This document shows positions 1 through 10,763 of a DNA stretch of 64,000 bases, in pieces; the first letter of the stretch is position 1; every line of letters begins with the position of its first letter. A model generated the notes under the pieces. It did no database searches. It was not told the origin of the DNA and saw nothing but the letters and a program-made list of their open reading frames with translations. The stretch is from Arcanobacterium sp. (GTDB lineage: Bacteria; Actinomycetota; Actinomycetes; Actinomycetales; Actinomycetaceae): the NCBI GenBank assembly GCA_022768785.1, contig JALELI010000125.1, positions 1,865 through 65,864 on the forward strand, in the 5' to 3' direction. The position numbers were made by a program, and so were the translations under genes.

Positions 1-1977
1 GTTAATTGCAATCAAGCCGGCCGTACGCGCTGAATCGTAATCGGCCAAACGGGTTTTCTTCACATAGCCAAACTTTGTGGCTAGCACAAGATAATCGGCC
101 TGCTCATAATCGCGCAGAGAAATCGCAGAAGCAATGCGCTCTCCAGGCTGGAAAGCCAAAAGATTGGCGATGTGTTGCCCTTTGCTCTCGCGTGAGCCCT
201 CTGGCAACTCATAGCCTTTCACGCGATATACCCGGCCTTGGTTGGTGAAGAACAGGTGCCAATCGTGTGTGGAACCAATCCCGAAGTGCTCCACCACGTC
301 GTCACCACGCAGCGTGGTGCCTTTAATGCCTTTCCCACCCCGATGCTGCGCGCGATACTCACTCACTTTTGTGCGCTTTACAAAACCCGAGCGAGTGATG
401 GTGACCACCACATCTTCTTCAGGAATGAGATCTTCCACGGTCATTTCACCATCGAACGGCACAATCGTGGTACGGCGCTCATCGCCGTATTTATCCACAA
501 TCTCCTGCAGCTCGGTGCTCACGATCTGGCGCTGGCGCTCCGGCTTGGCCAAAATATCTTTGTAATCCTCGCGCAGTGCCTCTTTCTCTTCCTTTTCCTG
601 CTGAATCTTTAAGCGCTCCAAAGCTGCCAAACGGCGCAGCTGCATCGCCAGAATATGATCAGCTTGCACTTCGTTAATGCTGAGCAAATCCATCAAGCCA
701 GTGCGGGCTTCATCTGGAGTTTGTGAACGGCGAATGAGGGCAATCACGGCATCAAGAGCATTGAGAGCTCGCATAAGACCCTCTAAAATCATCAACCGTT
801 CTTCGAGCTTCTTCAGCCGGAAAATAGTGCGCCTGCGGATCACTTCCACCTGATGATTTACCCAGTGGAAGACGAAACCATCGAGGCTGAGCGTGCGCGG
901 CACGCCATCTACCAACGCCAGCATATTAGCCGGGAAATTATTTTGTAGCTGTGTGTGCTTGTAGAGATTATTCAGCACCACTTTTGCCACGGCGTCACGC
1001 TTGAGCACAATCACGATACGCTGGCCTGCACGGCCCGAGCTTTCATCGCGGATATCTGCAATTCCTGGCAAGCGGCCGTCTTTGATGCCCTCCACCATCT
1101 TTTCGAGCAAACGATCGGGATTCACCTGGTATGGCAGATCCGTCACCACAATGCTCTGGCGCCCATTCACTTCTTCGATATCCACCACAGCGCGCTGCGT
1201 GATCGAGCCGTGCCCAGTGCGATACATCTGCTCAATGCCTTTACGCCCCAGAATCGTTGCCCCGGTTGGGAAATCTGGGCCTTTAATGCGCTGTATTAGC
1301 GCCGTGAGGAGCTCATCACGAGAAGCTTCGGGGTGCTGCAGATACCACTGCACGCCGTCATTCACTTCGCGCAGATTATGCGGAGGAATGCGGGTAGCCA
1401 TACCCACGGCGATACCTTCGGAGCCATTGATCAGCAAATTGGGGATTCGCGCAGTGAGCACTGTGGGCTCTTGCACCGAACCATCGAAGTTCGGTTCGAA
1501 ATCCACAGTTTCCTCAGCGATATCGCGCACCATTTCCATCGCAAGCGGAGCCATGCGGGCTTCGGTATAGCGCGGAGCTGCAGCCCCCAAATCCCCGGCT
1601 GTGCCGAAGTTGCCCTGACCAGCCACAAGTGGATAGCGCATGCTCCACGGCTGCACCAGGCGCACCATCGTGTCGTAGATGGCAGCATCGCCATGCGGGT
1701 GATACTGCCCCATCACTTCGCCCACAATCTTCACAGATTTTGAGAAGCTTGCATCAGGGCGGAAGCCACCGTTCCACATCGCATAAATCACACGCCGATG
1801 CACTGGCTTTAAGCCATCGCGCACATCTGGCAGAGCCCGCCCCACGATCACACTCATGGCGTAATCGAGGTAGCTAGTTTCCATCTCGCGCTGCAAATCA
1901 ACTTCTTTGATATTGCCGTGCTGGTAGGTGCTCTCTTCAACTTCTTGCAGATCGTCTGTTTCGTCGTTGCTGCTCAC
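1..1977 (-). CDS. gyrA: DNA gyrase subunit A (5' part; runs off the window, absent from the ORF track)
   Basis: Manual translation from GTG at 1977: MSSNDETDD...[32 protein letters not shown]...[12 protein letters not shown]...[10 protein letters not shown]; directly downstream of gyrB. Confidence 0.98.
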   Translation of the reverse strand, partial: MSSNDETDDLQEVEESTYQHGNIKEVDLQREMETSYLDYAMSVIVGRALPDVRDGLKPVHRRVIYAMWNGGFRPDASFSKSVKIVGEVMGQYHPHGDAAIYDTMVRLVQPWSMRYPLVAGQGNFGTAGDLGAAAPRYTEARMAPLAMEMVRDIAEETVDFEPNFDGSVQEPTVLTARIPNLLINGSEGIAVGMATRIPPHNLREVNDGVQWYLQHPEASRDELLTALIQRIKGPDFPTGATILGRKGIEQMYRTGHGSITQRAVVDIEEVNGRQSIVVTDLPYQVNPDRLLEKMVEGIKDGRLPGIADIRDESSGRAGQRIVIVLKRDAVAKVVLNNLYKHTQLQNNFPANMLALVDGVPRTLSLDGFVFHWVNHQVEVIRRRTIFRLKKLEERLMILEGLMRALNALDAVIALIRRSQTPDEARTGLMDLLSINEVQADHILAMQLRRLAALERLKIQQEKEEKEALREDYKDILAKPERQRQIVSTELQEIVDKYGDERRTTIVPFDGEMTVEDLIPEEDVVVTITRSGFVKRTKVSEYRAQHRGGKGIKGTTLRGDDVVEHFGIGSTHDWHLFFTNQGRVYRVKGYELPEGSRESKGQHIANLLAFQPGERIASAISLRDYEQADYLVLATKFGYVKKTRLADYDSARTAGLIAIN

Positions 1978-2047
1978 GGTTCTCGCTTCGCTTAGTTGTG
2001 TGTTTCAGTTCTTCCTATGCGCCTATATGCGCTGTGACGCCGATGCC

Positions 2048-4084
2048 TCAGATATCGAGGAAACGCACGTCGTGGGCGTTGCGCTGGATAAAGGCACGCC
2101 GAGAGCTCACATCTTCACCCATCAGCAGGGAGAAGGTTTCATCTGTTTCAGCTGCTTCACCAATATTCACTTGTTTGAGGGTGCGGGTTTCTGGGTCCAT
2201 CGTAGTTTCCCACAGCTCTTCGGCGTTCATTTCACCCAAGCCTTTGTAGCGCTGAATCCCCTGCCCCTCGGCTTTCGGCAGCTTCTTACCAGCAGCTAAT
2301 CCAGCCGTGAGCGCCTCATCTCGCTCCTTATCGGAAAACACATAATCGTGTGGTGCGTTCGTCCATTTAATGCGATAGAGCGGAGGCATCGCAATATAGA
2401 TATGGCCTCCCTCGATCAGCGGCCGCATATAGCGATATACGAGCGTGAGCAAGAGGGTGGCAATGTGCTGGCCGTCCACATCGGCGTCAGCCATAAACAC
2501 AATTTTGTGGTAGCGCAATTTTGCTAAATCAAAATCATCGCCCACTCCGGTGCCAAAGGCTGTGATAAGCCCTTGAATCGTTTCTGAGCCAAGCGCTCGA
2601 TCGAGGCGCGCTTTCTCCACGTTCAAAATCTTGCCACGGATTGGCATAATCGCTTGGTGCTTTGGATCCCGTCCGTTCACGGCTGAGCCTCCAGCAGAAT
2701 CGCCCTCTACAATAAAGATTTCGCATTCTTCGGGATTACGAGAAGTGCAATCCTTGAGCTTTCCAGGCATCGATGCCGATTCGAGCACACTCTTGCGGCG
2801 AGTGGCTTCGCGTGCTTTTCGTGCCGCCTGCCGTGCGGAAAAGGCTTGCGTGGCCTTGCGAATAATTTCTTTGCCATCACTCGGGTGCATATCAAGCCAG
2901 TCGGTGAGATAAGCATAGGTTTGCTGCTGCACAAAAGTGCGCACTTCGGTGTTGCCCAGCTTTGTTTTGGTTTGCCCTTCAAACTGCGGTTCAGCAATTT
3001 TCACTGAGATCACAGCTGTGAGCCCCTCGCGGATATCTTCGCCAGAGAGATTAGGGTCTTTTTCTTTCAGCAGCCCTTTATCGCGTGCATACTTATTCAT
3101 CACCGATGTGAGAGCTGTGCGGAACCCCTCTTCGTGGGTGCCACCTTCAGTGGTGTTAATAGTGTTGGCAAAAGTATGCAGAGATTCGCTATAGGCACTC
3201 GTCCACTGCATCGCAATTTCCACATCAATCTTTTTTTCTGGATCTTCTGCCTCAAAGTAGATTGGCTCTGGGTGAATCTTTTCCACCCTCTTGGTGTGCA
3301 CTAAGAAATTCACATAATCCAACAAGCCGCCGTCGTATTTATAGCTCACTTCAGAGTGCCCGATATGAGGGTTATCTGCCTCGCCAAGCTCATCGCCGGT
3401 CACTTCATCGCCTTCAGCCACAGCGGAAGCACGCTCATCTGTGAGAGTGATGCGCAGCCCTTTATTGAGGAAGCTCATCTGATGGAACCGCTTGCGCAGT
3501 GTCTCAAAATCAAATGCGGTGGTTTCAAAAATTTCTGGATTTGGCCAAAATGTTTGAATTGTGCCGGTATCATCTACAGGTTCACCTTTGGCTAACGGCG
3601 CTAGCGGCACACCATTTTCATAGGAAATTCTCCACACGTAGCCATCGCGGTGCACTTCAGTTTCCATACGAGTAGAGAGCGCATTCACCACTGAAATACC
3701 CACACCATGCAAACCGCCAGATACAGCATACGAACCGTTGCCAAACTTTCCGCCAGCATGCAAAACCGTCATCACCACTTGCACGGCGCTCACCCCTTCA
3801 GTGGGGTGAATATTCACCGGAATGCCACGGCCATTATCCTGCACACGCACTCCACCATCTTCCTGGAGTGTCACTTCGATATGATCGCAATAGCCAGCGA
3901 GAGCTTCGTCTACCGAATTGTCTACCACTTCATACACAAGATGATGCAGGCCACGCTCCCCAGTGGAGCCAATATACATGCCTGGGCGTTTGCGCACTGC
4001 CTCCAAGCCTTCGAGCACAGTGATATCGCCAGCGTCGTAGTGATCATTGGGTTCGGGAATATGGTTTGCGCTTGTTTCGCTCAC
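2048..4084 (-). CDS. gyrB: DNA gyrase subunit B
   Basis: [54 protein letters not shown] motifs; GTG start at 4084 preceded by AAGGAG. Confidence 0.98.
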   Translation of the reverse strand: MSETSANHIPEPNDHYDAGDITVLEGLEAVRKRPGMYIGSTGERGLHHLVYEVVDNSVDEALAGYCDHIEVTLQEDGGVRVQDNGRGIPVNIHPTEGVSAVQVVMTVLHAGGKFGNGSYAVSGGLHGVGISVVNALSTRMETEVHRDGYVWRISYENGVPLAPLAKGEPVDDTGTIQTFWPNPEIFETTAFDFETLRKRFHQMSFLNKGLRITLTDERASAVAEGDEVTGDELGEADNPHIGHSEVSYKYDGGLLDYVNFLVHTKRVEKIHPEPIYFEAEDPEKKIDVEIAMQWTSAYSESLHTFANTINTTEGGTHEEGFRTALTSVMNKYARDKGLLKEKDPNLSGEDIREGLTAVISVKIAEPQFEGQTKTKLGNTEVRTFVQQQTYAYLTDWLDMHPSDGKEIIRKATQAFSARQAARKAREATRRKSVLESASMPGKLKDCTSRNPEECEIFIVEGDSAGGSAVNGRDPKHQAIMPIRGKILNVEKARLDRALGSETIQGLITAFGTGVGDDFDLAKLRYHKIVFMADADVDGQHIATLLLTLVYRYMRPLIEGGHIYIAMPPLYRIKWTNAPHDYVFSDKERDEALTAGLAAGKKLPKAEGQGIQRYKGLGEMNAEELWETTMDPETRTLKQVNIGEAAETDETFSLLMGEDVSSRRAFIQRNAHDVRFLDI

Positions 4085-4185
4085 GCCAGTTTTCTCCTTC
4101 ACGCGGTGTTGCACCGTTTTATCCACACACAAAATGTGCTCTATCTCTCATTCCTGCACATATTGGCCGCTACTGAGTTTTATCT

Positions 4186-4213
4186 GTGGTTTGGTAGGGG
4201 GCTACCAAACCAC
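4186..4213. promoter_or_regulatory. Perfect 12-bp inverted repeat upstream of gyrB
   Basis: GTGGTTTGGTAG-GGGG-CTACCAAACCAC; function (terminator or operator) not determined. Confidence 0.45.
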
Positions 4214-4372
4214 TATCTGAAATCATTATAGCCCTTTTTACGGCATTCTCCGGCATCTGAGGCCCATCGCTGCACATCACAGGCAGCAGCCTCATATCCA
4301 CTATTTCTGGTGCAACACCTGAGCTCAATTCTGGCTGTGAAATTGCCCAAATTTAGTATTGATGCATCAGCG

Positions 4373-4963
4373 TTAGTCATACGTATCCCGTGGGCCTCTG
4401 CCTGGCACTGAATATTTCCCGTGCTTCCATGATCGTAAGTGCGGCCCTTTTATAACGAGTTCTTTCACCACACCCTCGCCAAGCACCTCAGCTAATCTCC
4501 GGTCGAGAACTGCACTCAGCGCACGCAGCTGCGTTTCCCATGCCACTGAATGAGCCTGAATTGTGAGCACTCCGTCGTCAGAAAATTCTTCCACATGTGA
4601 ATGTTGGGCCACATGTGGCCCAGCCACTTCTGGCCAACGATTCGCCATCGCAGCCACATCGAGAGCCACAAGCCAACCACGCTCCTGCAATGTGGCATTC
4701 ACCATCACACCAATTGCATGGGGATCTCTCCACGAAGGGCGAGCTCCTGATCCTACTTCTTGCCCAGGAACCGGCACAAACACATCAGCACCAAGTTGCT
4801 CACCAGCCGCGTGCAAATCTGAAAGTGCCACTCGAGATTCTTTTCGCCGGCGCACCCACCCCTGCCGCTCAGCCATCACTCGAGCTCGTTGTAACATCTG
4901 CAATGGCAGCATATCGCCGAATCGCTCAGCAGCTGCAATCTTTGCTCGGTGCACACTATTCAT
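4373..4963 (-). CDS. DUF721 / DciA-family protein
   Basis: Conserved recF-DUF721-gyrB position; WPEVAGPHVAQHS...GVLTIQAHSVAWETQLR...GPHLRSWKHG pattern. Confidence 0.85.
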   Translation of the reverse strand: MNSVHRAKIAAAERFGDMLPLQMLQRARVMAERQGWVRRRKESRVALSDLHAAGEQLGADVFVPVPGQEVGSGARPSWRDPHAIGVMVNATLQERGWLVALDVAAMANRWPEVAGPHVAQHSHVEEFSDDGVLTIQAHSVAWETQLRALSAVLDRRLAEVLGEGVVKELVIKGPHLRSWKHGKYSVPGRGPRDTYD

Positions 4964-6296
4964 CGTGTTCACCAGCTAAGCTAGTGGGCTGCATAAGTTG
5001 TATGGGCTGGCACATAGGCTGTTGTGTGGCCTCCGCCGCGCGCACGGAAGCACTGTGATCACTGTTGACGGCGGAACTGGGTGTTTCGCTCACATCTGCA
5101 GTGCCAGTGTCTGCAACTTCAGTGCTTCGCCCTGTAACAGATAGTTCAGCAACAGGCGTCACCGTTCCAGTTTTCACTATATATTGCGTGCCCTTTAAAC
5201 TTTCTGGAAGATCATCGCCTACAGCCGCTGTAACAAACACCTGCTCAGCACTTTCTATCAATGACACAAGGCGCTCTCGCCGATGAAAATCCAGTTCTGC
5301 AAAAACGTCGTCGAGAATGAGAATCGGTTCACTATGTTCATTCCACGACCCCCATTCACCCGATCTGAGTAAATCCCAACATGCGAGTTTCAGCGCAAGC
5401 GCGTAGCTCCAACTTTCTCCGTGCGAAGCATATCCCTTGGCAGGTAATGATCCTAAGCTAAGCTGCATATCATCGCGGTGCGGCCCCACGAGATTAATCC
5501 CAGCTTCAATTTCACGCTCTCTTTTTTCGCTGAGCGCCGCGATAAAAGCTTCGCGCACGGTGTTTTTATCTCCCAACCACCCGCCGGTATGCGCAATATT
5601 AGCCTGATACTCAATGTGAGCTAGCACGTGCTTATCTGCTGAAACTTCGCGATAATACCGCTCTACGGGAGCGCTCAATTGCTCAATAATTTCAGCGCGC
5701 ACGTGAATAATTTGCGTTCCAAGTTCCACCAGTTGTTGATCCCAAATATCGAGAGCAGTGAGATCATAGGGAGCTCTACGCCGGCGCATTTTCCCAATGT
5801 TTTTTAGCAGTGCTGCCCGCTGGCGCAGCACTTTTTCATAATCCGCTTTTACCGCTCGCATACGTGGAAATTTTTGCACCATCAAGTTGTCGAGAAAACG
5901 CCGGCGAGTGCCTGGATCGCCAGCCACAAGCGCTAAATCTTCAGGTGCAAATACTACTGTGCGCACCATTCCTAAAATCTCTGCAGGGCGCACAGATCCT
6001 CTGTTGAGCCGAGCTCGATTTGCTCGACCAGCCAGAATCTCTAGCTCAAGCAAACTCGAGTGATTTTCGTCGTTCACCCGCGCCCGCACCACAGCTGCAT
6101 CGGCTCCCTGGCGCACTAACGCCGCATCAGCAGCCACTCGATGAGAATTAAATGTGGAAAGATATTCGATTCCCTCCACGAGATTCGTTTTTCCCTGCCC
6201 GTTGGCTCCCACGAGCGTAATCACACCCGGCTCAAAATGCAGCACAACTTGGCTATAGGAACGAAAATCGTTGAGCGAAAAATCTGAAATATACAC
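4956..6296 (-). CDS. recF: DNA replication/repair protein RecF
   Basis: GANGQGKTN Walker A, GPHRDD, ASHGESWSYAL, ILILDDVFAELD. Confidence 0.97.
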   Translation of the reverse strand: MYISDFSLNDFRSYSQVVLHFEPGVITLVGANGQGKTNLVEGIEYLSTFNSHRVAADAALVRQGADAAVVRARVNDENHSSLLELEILAGRANRARLNRGSVRPAEILGMVRTVVFAPEDLALVAGDPGTRRRFLDNLMVQKFPRMRAVKADYEKVLRQRAALLKNIGKMRRRRAPYDLTALDIWDQQLVELGTQIIHVRAEIIEQLSAPVERYYREVSADKHVLAHIEYQANIAHTGGWLGDKNTVREAFIAALSEKREREIEAGINLVGPHRDDMQLSLGSLPAKGYASHGESWSYALALKLACWDLLRSGEWGSWNEHSEPILILDDVFAELDFHRRERLVSLIESAEQVFVTAAVGDDLPESLKGTQYIVKTGTVTPVAELSVTGRSTEVADTGTADVSETPSSAVNSDHSASVRAAEATQQPMCQPIQLMQPTSLAGEHDE

Positions 6297-6364
6297 TTTT
6301 GCCGCAGCTCACTTTCACACTACACACTGCGCATAATTCGCTATGTGTAAGCTCACTGCTGCAC

Positions 6365-7498
6365 TCAGCGAGAACCATATGTGCGAATTGGCATTAGCAG
6401 CAAGCGAAAACTTTCATCTACTGTGCCCTTTTCATCTTGCTCCGTGAGCACAGCCGGTTTGCTCTCTTGCGTATAGGCAAGCCGCACTAAATCTTCGTTC
6501 ATCACAGCTAATCCCTCTTGTAGGAACACTGGATTAAACGCCATAGTGATATCTTTCCCTTCCACTGTGGCTTGCAAAGCCTCTGAAGCTTGAGCTGCAT
6601 CGCCTTGACCGGCATCGAGCACTAGCTCACCTTCCGAAAATGCCAATCGCACCGCAGAATTCTTCTCCACCACAAGCCGGGCACGTTTAATTGCCTCTGA
6701 GAGTTCAGCTCTATCCATCACAGCGGATCCAGCCACTTCTTCAGGGAATAGCGACAGTACTTGTGGATAATCACCATCAATGAGTTGCACAGTATTTTGC
6801 CGCCCAGCTGCAGCAAACCCGATGAGCGTAGGAGTCTGCACATCGTTGAGTGAGATATCCACTGGGCCAGCCGAACCAAGCGCTTTAGCAATATCAAGCA
6901 GCCGTGTGGCACGCACTAGAATGCGCACTGAAATTTCGGGATCTACAGGCTTCCATGAAATCTCTTTCACAGCCAACCGATATCTATCAGTGGCCATCAG
7001 TAGTATTGATTCTCCGTGAATCTCTATGCATACCGAAACAAGCATTGGCAATGTGTCGTCATTTGAGGCAGCGATAGTCACCTGCTGCACAGCTTCTTGC
7101 CACTGTGCCCCGTCAACAGTTCCGGCCACTGGCGGCATATCATGCAGCTCAGCATAATCATCCATCGTCATCACTTTCATGGAAAAATGCGCTGAGCCAC
7201 ATTCAATATCTACTTTGTTTCCATCAGTGGAAAAATCAATGGGCTGTGCTGGCAAAGCTCGGCAAATATCAGCAAGAAGTTTACCGTTCACAAGAATTTC
7301 ACCAGGTTCTAGCACATCTGCTTCGATATCTGCATGTGATGTGATATCGGAATCTCGTGAGCCGAGTGAAACATTTCCTTCCGCGTCAGCCACTATTTTC
7401 ATACCAGCTAGCACCGGTACGGCAGGACGATGTGGGATCGTGCGTGCCACCCAACCCACTGCATCTGTGAAAATATCTTTCTCAACGTGAAGCCTCAT
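6365..7498 (-). CDS. dnaN: DNA polymerase III beta sliding clamp
   Basis: Size, position after dnaA, MATDRYRLA, LIDGDYP and C-terminal LLMPIR motifs. Confidence 0.97.
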   Translation of the reverse strand: MRLHVEKDIFTDAVGWVARTIPHRPAVPVLAGMKIVADAEGNVSLGSRDSDITSHADIEADVLEPGEILVNGKLLADICRALPAQPIDFSTDGNKVDIECGSAHFSMKVMTMDDYAELHDMPPVAGTVDGAQWQEAVQQVTIAASNDDTLPMLVSVCIEIHGESILLMATDRYRLAVKEISWKPVDPEISVRILVRATRLLDIAKALGSAGPVDISLNDVQTPTLIGFAAAGRQNTVQLIDGDYPQVLSLFPEEVAGSAVMDRAELSEAIKRARLVVEKNSAVRLAFSEGELVLDAGQGDAAQASEALQATVEGKDITMAFNPVFLQEGLAVMNEDLVRLAYTQESKPAVLTEQDEKGTVDESFRLLLMPIRTYGSR

Positions 7499-7813
7499 TG
7501 TTCCTCATTTCTTCGTATCTGATCACAGTTTACGCGAGAATGGCGTGCTTCTCACGATTCGCGCAGCAGAAAACACAAAAATTGCGTGGGCATCGGTGGT
7601 GATCGATTAATTTTGTAAGTTTTATAGATAGTAGTTGTAGTAGGGACTGCGAAGTATGTGGATAAGTGGAATTTTCCGCATTAGAAAGCTGAACTACACA
7701 GAGGTGATTTTGTGGATAACTTCTGTGGATAATTTCAGTAATCTGTGAATGAGGCATTTTTAAGCGGAATTTATTCGCATATTTTCTGTGGATATCCACA
7801 TGCTAATGGCATG
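7499..7813. promoter_or_regulatory. oriC: oriC, dnaA-dnaN intergenic part (DnaA boxes, AT-rich segment)
   Basis: Perfect TGTGGATAA at 7657, 7711 and 7724; 1-mismatch boxes at 7787 and 7792; AT-rich stretch at about 7605-7628. Confidence 0.92.
7629..7665 (+). promoter_or_regulatory. DnaA-trio unwinding element plus adjacent DnaA box
   Basis: TAG TAG TTG TAG TAG-GGAC-TGCGAAGTA-TGTGGATAA; same layout as the B. subtilis trios/GC spacer/two-box basal unwinding site. Confidence 0.8.
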
Positions 7814-9400
7814 TTATTCGCTGTGGCGTGCACTTTCAGTGGCGGAGTGCTTAATGCGGGTGGTCAGTTCCGTCACTTGGTTGTAGATGCTCTGATTTTC
7901 AGCCATTTTGTTTTCCACGTTGCGCACAGCATTAATTACGGTTGTGTGATCGCGACGGTTGAAAATTTCTGCAATTTTTGGCAGTGATAGATCGGTCATT
8001 TCCCGGCACAGATACATAGCTATATGCCGTGGCATAGTGATTGATCGGCTACGAGTGGGAGAAGTGAGGCTCTCCACGCTTATCTCATAGTATGCAGCTG
8101 TTTGCGCCATGATAATACTCGCAGTGATCTTGAGTGACGACGGATCAGCGATCATATCTTTGAGCACGAGCTGTGCCATATCTGAAGTGACGGGTTGGCG
8201 AGCAAGATCTGCGTAGGCAGTTACTCTCCGCAGTGCTCCTTCCATTTCGCGCACATTTGAAGTCATGTGAGTGGCAATGTATTCCACCACTTCACGAGGT
8301 ACTGCCATATTTTCGGCGGCTGCTTTTTTATCCAAAATTGCGATGCGAGTTTCTAAATTTGGTAAATCAATACTCGCTGTAATGCCTGAGGCAAATCGTG
8401 AAATCATGCGATCTTCAAAGCCAGTGAGCAATTTTGGAGCCACATCAGAAGTGATCACAATTTGTTTATTGGCATTAGAGAGCGCATTGAAAGTGTGGAA
8501 AAATTCATCGAGCGTCTGATCTTTATTGGAGATGAACTGGATATCATCAATAAGCAATATATCCACATTTCGGAATTGATCTTTGAATGTGTGCACTTGT
8601 TGATCACGTAGCGCGTTAATGAACCAATTGGTGAATTCTTCGCTGGAAACATAGAGCACTTTTTTATTGGGGAAAAGAGTGAGTGTGTAGTTGCCAATAG
8701 CGTGGAGCAAGTGAGTTTTCCCCATGCCTGAATCTGAATAGAGGAAGAGTGGATTATATGTGCTGCCAGGAGATTCAGCCACAGCAAGTGCAGTGGCATG
8801 GGCAAATCGATTTGATTCACCGATCACAAAAGAATCGAAAGTGTAGCGTGGATTGAGCCGTGCTTCTGCCTGGAGTTGTGCAATTGAATTATGCGGAGAA
8901 GCATGGCGATGATCGCGAGTGATTTCTCCGTGTCCTTCAAAATAAGCACGTTCATATGCAGGGATTTCTTCGTGTTCGGAAAAAGAAGGTGGCTCAGAAT
9001 AATCAAAATTAGATTCGGGTATAGCTGGTTCTGTGTGTGAGAGCTGTGGAGCTGGTGACGCAGAAGGCAGAGTTTCGTGAGCCGGTTCCCACATGAGAGT
9101 GGTGGGGCTAGGAGCTGGCGGAGTGGGCTGCTCAGCAAGTGCGGAATCTACAGAAATTTTGAGGTTGAGTGCACGGCCGAGAATTTTGCTCAGTTGTTCC
9201 GTCATCACACTGCTCACATGCTCAGTGATCCAATCTTTTACAAAATCAGAGCCGACGCCGATCACGAAAATATCGTCCACAGCTACAAGGGGTTGTGCCA
9301 TGCGCACAAAAGCCATTTGCGAATCAGAAAGACGACCTTCGTCTTTCAGTAACTCGGCGGCAGCCCGCCAAGCATCGCGTGCGGCAAATGAATCGCCCAT
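7814..9400 (-). CDS. dnaA: Chromosomal replication initiator DnaA
   Basis: LNPRYTFDSFVIGESNRFA, YNPLFLY..GMGKTHLL, LLIDDIQF, NVREMEGAL, RRDHTTVI. Confidence 0.99.
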   Translation of the reverse strand: MGDSFAARDAWRAAAELLKDEGRLSDSQMAFVRMAQPLVAVDDIFVIGVGSDFVKDWITEHVSSVMTEQLSKILGRALNLKISVDSALAEQPTPPAPSPTTLMWEPAHETLPSASPAPQLSHTEPAIPESNFDYSEPPSFSEHEEIPAYERAYFEGHGEITRDHRHASPHNSIAQLQAEARLNPRYTFDSFVIGESNRFAHATALAVAESPGSTYNPLFLYSDSGMGKTHLLHAIGNYTLTLFPNKKVLYVSSEEFTNWFINALRDQQVHTFKDQFRNVDILLIDDIQFISNKDQTLDEFFHTFNALSNANKQIVITSDVAPKLLTGFEDRMISRFASGITASIDLPNLETRIAILDKKAAAENMAVPREVVEYIATHMTSNVREMEGALRRVTAYADLARQPVTSDMAQLVLKDMIADPSSLKITASIIMAQTAAYYEISVESLTSPTRSRSITMPRHIAMYLCREMTDLSLPKIAEIFNRRDHTTVINAVRNVENKMAENQSIYNQVTELTTRIKHSATESARHSE

Positions 9401-9812
9401 GTTGCCTCTCTGTGGATAACTTGTGAAATTTCTGTTGAGTTTTTAGTTTTTCGCGCTCATCTGAACGTTATTGCACCATCATAAAACACAAAATCGCACA
9501 ACAAAACTGAGGTTATCCACAGCTTTGTGCACAGATGTGGATATTACATTGTTGTAATTACATCATGTGAATGGCGCTATCTCAGTGAAGAGTGAAATGT
9601 TTAGGAAAAATTCACAGCTGTGGAGAAAGCCAAAAATTTAATAAAAGTTAATTTTATTTGTGAAACTGTGGTGAGACTTCGCTCACCACAGTGGCATAAT
9701 TAATTGACCTTTTGGCATCTTGGCGCATAAAGTCGATAGGTCATAGGTGGTTATCCATCTCGTTGCTCGGCGTCCGCAGGGCAACGATGCAAACAATCCG
9801 GAGAGTTAAATC
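9401..9812. promoter_or_regulatory. dnaA/rpmH divergent promoter region with DnaA boxes (upstream part of oriC)
   Basis: TGTGGATAA at 9411, TTATCCACA at 9513, TGTGGATAT at 9536; AT-rich. Confidence 0.8.
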
Positions 9813-9953
9813 ATGTCTACGAAGCGCACGTTCCAACCGAACAACCGTCGTCGTCACAAGGTGCACGGATTCCGGCACCGCATGAGCACCCGTGCTGGCC
9901 GCGCCGTGCTTGCTGCCCGCCGCCGTAAAGGACGCGCAAAACTCACCGTTTGA
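9813..9953 (+). CDS. rpmH: 50S ribosomal protein L34 (too short for the ORF track)
   Basis: Manual translation [46 protein letters not shown]. Confidence 0.99.
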   Translation: MSTKRTFQPNNRRRHKVHGFRHRMSTRAGRAVLAARRRKGRAKLTV

Positions 9954-9958
9954 TTCTG

Positions 9959-10381
9959 ATGCTTCCCGCAAACTATCGAATGCGTGCCAGTGGCGATTTT
10001 GCCACGGCTATTGGGCGTGGGAAGTGCCGAAAAACTCAAACAGTGGCGGTATATGTGCTGTATCTGCCGCACTCTACGCAAGCCGACCTCTCGAAGGTCG
10101 GCTTCGTTGTGAGTAAAAAGGTGGGAAACTCGGTGATTCGCCATCGGGTATCGCGGCAATTGCGCCATATCATGCGCAGCTTGATTCCATTTGAGCGCCC
10201 GGCACATGTGGTGGTGCGCGCGCAGCCGCGTGCGGCATCGGCGTCATTCCATCGCATTGCGGCAGATGTGACGGCGGCCTGCGCCTATCTTGGATTAAGT
10301 GTGGAAACCCAAACCCCACACAATTCAGAGCCTTCCATTGCTCCTGCGGTGGAGCCAACCACAGCTGTGGAGCCTCTATGA
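9959..10381 (+). CDS. rnpA: Ribonuclease P protein component
   Basis: MLPANYRMR...VGFVVSKKVGNSVIRHRVSRQLR; follows rpmH. Confidence 0.95.
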   Translation: MLPANYRMRASGDFATAIGRGKCRKTQTVAVYVLYLPHSTQADLSKVGFVVSKKVGNSVIRHRVSRQLRHIMRSLIPFERPAHVVVRAQPRAASASFHRIAADVTAACAYLGLSVETQTPHNSEPSIAPAVEPTTAVEPL

Positions 10382-10683
10382 GTGTGGGAGCAAAATTTTT
10401 GCGTGCGGTGATTCATTGGTATCAACGCTATGTTTCTGCAGGTCGTGGGCGTGTGTGCCGATATCAGCCCACATGCTCAGCTTATGCGCTAGAAGCGATT
10501 GAAGTTCATGGCGTATTCAAAGGTACACTTTTAGCTAGTTGGCGAATTCTGCGGTGCAATCCGTGGAGTAAAGGTGGAGTGGATTGGGTTCCTTCCAGAG
10601 GTGCATGGCCTCGAAAACCTTTAAACTACGAAGAGTTACTCGAATATCGCCGGCTGCACGATCATGAGGGCCAGGCACAATAA
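10378..10683 (+). CDS. yidD: Membrane protein insertion efficiency factor
   Basis: CRYQPTCSAYA...RILRCNPWSKGGVD. Confidence 0.95.
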   Translation: MSVGAKFLRAVIHWYQRYVSAGRGRVCRYQPTCSAYALEAIEVHGVFKGTLLASWRILRCNPWSKGGVDWVPSRGAWPRKPLNYEELLEYRRLHDHEGQAQ

Positions 10684-10763
10684 GCTGAGTGAAATCGCAG
10701 TGATTATGGCAGCTCAGCGAGAGAATTAAAAAGCACGGTAAGCGTGAGAGCGAGAGAAAAACA

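Noticed and set aside
6-1877. Plus-strand ORFs of 80-189 aa over the first 1.9 kb
   Set aside because: Antisense shadows of gyrA, which the ORF track omits because its stop lies outside the window
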